Origin: Syntrophorhabdaceae bacterium
GTDB taxonomy: Bacteria > Desulfobacterota > Syntrophorhabdia > Syntrophorhabdales > Syntrophorhabdaceae
Direction: 5' to 3'
DNA length: 64,000 bases
Assembly (NCBI GenBank): GCA_963665295.1
Contig: OY762209.1
Span: forward strand, 288,001-352,000
The notes below the pieces were generated by a model that did not search any database, was not told the DNA's origin, and was given only the letters and a program-made list of their open reading frames with translations. Shown one piece after another: positions 60,863-64,000 of the stretch (positions are counted from its first letter, which is position 1; the number at the start of each line of letters is the position of its first letter). The position numbers and the translations under genes were made by a program.

Positions 60863-62812
60863 TTATGCCGCCATGGAGGCCCTTCTTGCCATGATCTCTT
60901 TTATCTTCCGGGACAGGTCCGCCGCGCTGTAAGGTTTCTGGATTGCATCGATTCCATTATCCCCGGCGAGACCGGGGGTCTCGCCCATGCCGTACCCGGT
61001 CACAAAAAGGGAGGGCACGGACTGATCGATCTTCTTCATCTCCAGGTATGCCTCATAACCACCCATCCTGGGCATAGCCATATCGAGGAGCACGAGGTCT
61101 ATGCTCCCGTGGAGTCTTCTGAACACCTCCACCCCTTCGAGGCCGTCGCAGGCGACGTGAACCTCGTACCCCAGGATACCGAGGAGTTCGGTGGCGGTGC
61201 TTCGGACCTCTTCATCGTCTTCCACGACGAGAAGGGTCCCCTTACCCTCAACGGCCGAACGGCCCTCGAGGTCCTCCCTTTCTTCGGGAGAGACCGCCGT
61301 GGCGGAAGGCAGATAGATATTGAACCGGGCGCCTCTGCCTATGTCCGTTTTCACTGTAATGAAACCGCCATGCCGGCTGACTATACCGTACACCACCGAG
61401 AGCCCGAGGCCGGTTCCGTTTTCCTTTGTCGTAAAAAACGGTTCGAATATCGCGTTCATTACCTCCGCGCTCATTCCGACTCCCGTGTCGGACACGGACA
61501 GAACGACGTAATCGCCCGGTTTCGCGTCGGAATGGCGGTTGCAGTCCTCGCGGTCAAGGGTCGTGGAGGAAAGCTCGATGGTGAGCCGGCCGCCGCCCGG
61601 CATGGCCTCACGGGCATTCACCACGAGATTAAGGAGCACCTGATTGAGCTGCGCCATGTCGGCTTTCACCACGGGAAGCCCCTTGCTCCCGCATATGCTC
61701 ATTTCGATATTTTCGCCTATCACCCTGCGGATCATCTTTTCGAAGTCGTCCACAATGCGGGACAGGTCAACGACCTTGAGGTCAAGGGCCTGCCTTCTGC
61801 TGAAGGCGAGAAGCTGCTTCACGAACCCTGCTGCCCCGGCGACCGCCTTTTTGATGGCCTCGCAACGGTTATGGGCCTTCCTGCTCAGGTTGGACTCCAT
61901 CTGTATCAGTTCGGCGGCGCCGAGGACGACACTAAGCATGTTGTTGAAATCGTGTGCGATGCCGCCCGCAAGCCTCCCCACGGTTTCGAGCTTCTGGGAC
62001 TGGATGAGTTGATGCTCAAGTTCCTTCGCCTGTTTGAGCCGCTCCACCATGTTCTTCATGGCCGAGAGTAGTTGGCCGGTCTCATCGCGGCTTTTCACTT
62101 CTATCTCCACGCCGAGGTCTCCCTCGGCGAGCCTGTTGGCGACTTCCACGCCCTTTTTTATGGGCCCGGTAATGCTCCTCGTGAGCAGGACGGCGGCGGT
62201 AACGGCGAAGAGGACCATGACGACGGCGATGATGATAAAGGATTTCCTCGCGGCGTTATACGTCTCAACCGCCTCGCCGTACCGCGCGTTGCTCTGTCTT
62301 TCCTCAAAGGCCACAAGCTCGGAGCATATCCGGTGAAGGGCCGACACCTCGGTCCGGGCATCGTTGAGGTAGGCCGATGCGGCGCTCCGGCGGAGCCCGC
62401 TCTTCTTGAGGTCGATGGCCACGTTCACGTGGCTCATCGCCCCTGCCAGTTCGGCCTTGAGTCTCTCTATAAGCTCGCCACCTTCCCGGGATTTTTCCAG
62501 TCCCTGGAGGTTCTCAAAGCCATTGTCGCACATGGCCCGCGCCGTCATTATCCTTACAAAATCGAAGTCGTTCCATTCGTCGTCGTGGGTCCGGATCAGG
62601 GTAAGCATGGCTTCGTCGATGGAATGGATTGAGTCGTTTATGGCGTTGGCGTACCATATTTGCCTGTTGTTCTGCTTGATTATGGCATCCATCTTCTCGT
62701 TGATATTCTTCATGCTCAAGGTTCCGAGAAGGATGAGGGTTACCATAGGCACCATTATGAGTCCCAGGCCGAAGCCCATTCGCGTGCCGATCCTGTGCCC
62801 GCCCAATAACAT
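60863..62812 (-). CDS. Hybrid histidine kinase (four-helix-bundle sensor, HAMP, HisKA, receiver)
   Basis: Two TM helices, HAMP (EGDL...DETGQL), AGGIAHDFNN, PFFTTK, GTGLGL and receiver LLDMAMP. Confidence 0.93.
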   Translation of the reverse strand: MLLGGHRIGTRMGFGLGLIMVPMVTLILLGTLSMKNINEKMDAIIKQNNRQIWYANAINDSIHSIDEAMLTLIRTHDDEWNDFDFVRIMTARAMCDNGFENLQGLEKSREGGELIERLKAELAGAMSHVNVAIDLKKSGLRRSAASAYLNDARTEVSALHRICSELVAFEERQSNARYGEAVETYNAARKSFIIIAVVMVLFAVTAAVLLTRSITGPIKKGVEVANRLAEGDLGVEIEVKSRDETGQLLSAMKNMVERLKQAKELEHQLIQSQKLETVGRLAGGIAHDFNNMLSVVLGAAELIQMESNLSRKAHNRCEAIKKAVAGAAGFVKQLLAFSRRQALDLKVVDLSRIVDDFEKMIRRVIGENIEMSICGSKGLPVVKADMAQLNQVLLNLVVNAREAMPGGGRLTIELSSTTLDREDCNRHSDAKPGDYVVLSVSDTGVGMSAEVMNAIFEPFFTTKENGTGLGLSVVYGIVSRHGGFITVKTDIGRGARFNIYLPSATAVSPEEREDLEGRSAVEGKGTLLVVEDDEEVRSTATELLGILGYEVHVACDGLEGVEVFRRLHGSIDLVLLDMAMPRMGGYEAYLEMKKIDQSVPSLFVTGYGMGETPGLAGDNGIDAIQKPYSAADLSRKIKEIMARRASMAA

Positions 62813-62859
62813 TCTTGTCTTTCCTCCGTTCTTACGGTTTTAATCCGGCAGGGTCTTCC

Positions 62860-63936
62860 CTACGGCTTTTTCTTCAACAGCGGGGCCCCGTTGTACGTCA
62901 CCGACTTCAGGATGGATTCGGCCTTCTTCACCACCCCTTTGGGAAGAGGAACGTAGCGAAGGGGTGGTGCGTGCTTCTGCCCTTCATGGGTCACCCAGTA
63001 GAGCATCCTTACCAGTTCCTCCGCAGTCTCCCTGCTTCTGCCGCTGTAGCTCTGTTCCTTGAAGACCACTATCCATGTGAACCCGCTGATGGGATAGCCG
63101 TCCGGCTGAGGAGTATCGGTCAAAGAAGACCCGTTATCCCATGGGGCCGCGCTGCTCGCGGCGGCCGCCACCGTTCCCGGCGAGGGATCGACAAACTTCT
63201 CTGAGCGGTTCTGAACCGACCCGAAGGTCATACCGTTGGCCACCGCATAGGTCAGCTCCACATACCCTATGGCCCCTGTAACCTGCTTCACCATCCCTGC
63301 GAGCCCCGGGTTGCCTTTCGCTCCCTGCCCCACAGGCCAGTGCAGCCGGGATTTTCCGCCTCCCATCGTCTTTCGCCACTGCCCGTCGGTCTTGCTCAGA
63401 AAGTCGGTGAAGATGAACGTGGTGCCGCTTTCGTCGGAGCGGTGGATAATGTTGATCACCAGATCGGGCAGCCTTATTCCCGGGTTGACCGCTGTCAGCT
63501 TCGGGTCGTTCCATTTCGAAATATTTCCCAGGAATATGTCGGTGAGGATACCGGAGGTGAACCTGATCTTAGGATTGTCCGGCAGGTTATAGATGATTGC
63601 CACGGCGCCCAGGCACGTGGGGACCCGGACCAGGGGCGCGGTCGCGGACCCGTCCTCGGTCCCCTGCCCTGTCACTCCGATATCGCTTCCCGCAAAATCG
63701 GTCTTCTTCGCCATGAGGCTCCTTATCCCCGCACCTGATCCCACGCCCTGATAATTTACCTTCCACCCGTGCTGCCGGTAGTACACGTCGAATATCTTGT
63801 GGTAAAACGGCTCGGGAAAGGTAGCGCCCGCGCCCTCGATCTGTCTGTCCGCGCCGCACGCCAGGCAGGCCGACAGACAGATGCCGGCAATAACAGCAAA
63901 GATGCTCATCCCCTTCACTATATGCAGCATTTTCAA
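62860..63936 (-). CDS. pstS: Phosphate ABC transporter substrate-binding protein
   Basis: GAGATFP, YQGVGSGAG, DFAGSD, HRSDESGTT, GAIGYVE and YPISGFTW. Confidence 0.95.
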   Translation of the reverse strand: MKMLHIVKGMSIFAVIAGICLSACLACGADRQIEGAGATFPEPFYHKIFDVYYRQHGWKVNYQGVGSGAGIRSLMAKKTDFAGSDIGVTGQGTEDGSATAPLVRVPTCLGAVAIIYNLPDNPKIRFTSGILTDIFLGNISKWNDPKLTAVNPGIRLPDLVINIIHRSDESGTTFIFTDFLSKTDGQWRKTMGGGKSRLHWPVGQGAKGNPGLAGMVKQVTGAIGYVELTYAVANGMTFGSVQNRSEKFVDPSPGTVAAAASSAAPWDNGSSLTDTPQPDGYPISGFTWIVVFKEQSYSGRSRETAEELVRMLYWVTHEGQKHAPPLRYVPLPKGVVKKAESILKSVTYNGAPLLKKKP

Positions 63937-64000
63937 ACCTCCGTCCCCTGCGGTCGTCCACGGCAGGGCACCTATATGATGCTGGCCGTCTGTTAATTGT

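Overview
This is a GC-rich bacterial window whose gene content (ppdK, many multi-PAS kinases, a multiheme cytochrome, a molybdopterin oxidoreductase, B12-radical SAM) suggests an anaerobic deltaproteobacterium such as a Syntrophorhabdus-like organism; that assignment is inference. It opens with an IS1634-type transposase, tRNA-His and an IS200 tnpA remnant, followed by about 45 ordinary metabolic, transport, signalling and surface-protein genes. Five things stand out. (1) An 11-heme periplasmic cytochrome c is complete only if an in-frame TGA (2925-2927) is read through; a SECIS-like hairpin follows the TGA and a secreted rhodanese gene lies next door, making it a candidate multiheme selenoprotein sulfur/selenium-transfer system. 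(2) A TIGR04222-like membrane protein with a Cys/Gly RiPP-like tail is tightly linked to a radical SAM/SPASM enzyme and a nucleotidyltransferase-like gene. (3) A protein made almost entirely of 11 FliM/CheZ-like LSQxxIDxL motifs sits behind a sigma28-like promoter. (4) A ~140-bp palindromic element occurs twice with compensatory changes. (5) 11-bp-periodic TTAA boxes link psd, a HAD hydrolase and pstS. All family calls come from reading motifs by eye; no database searches were run.
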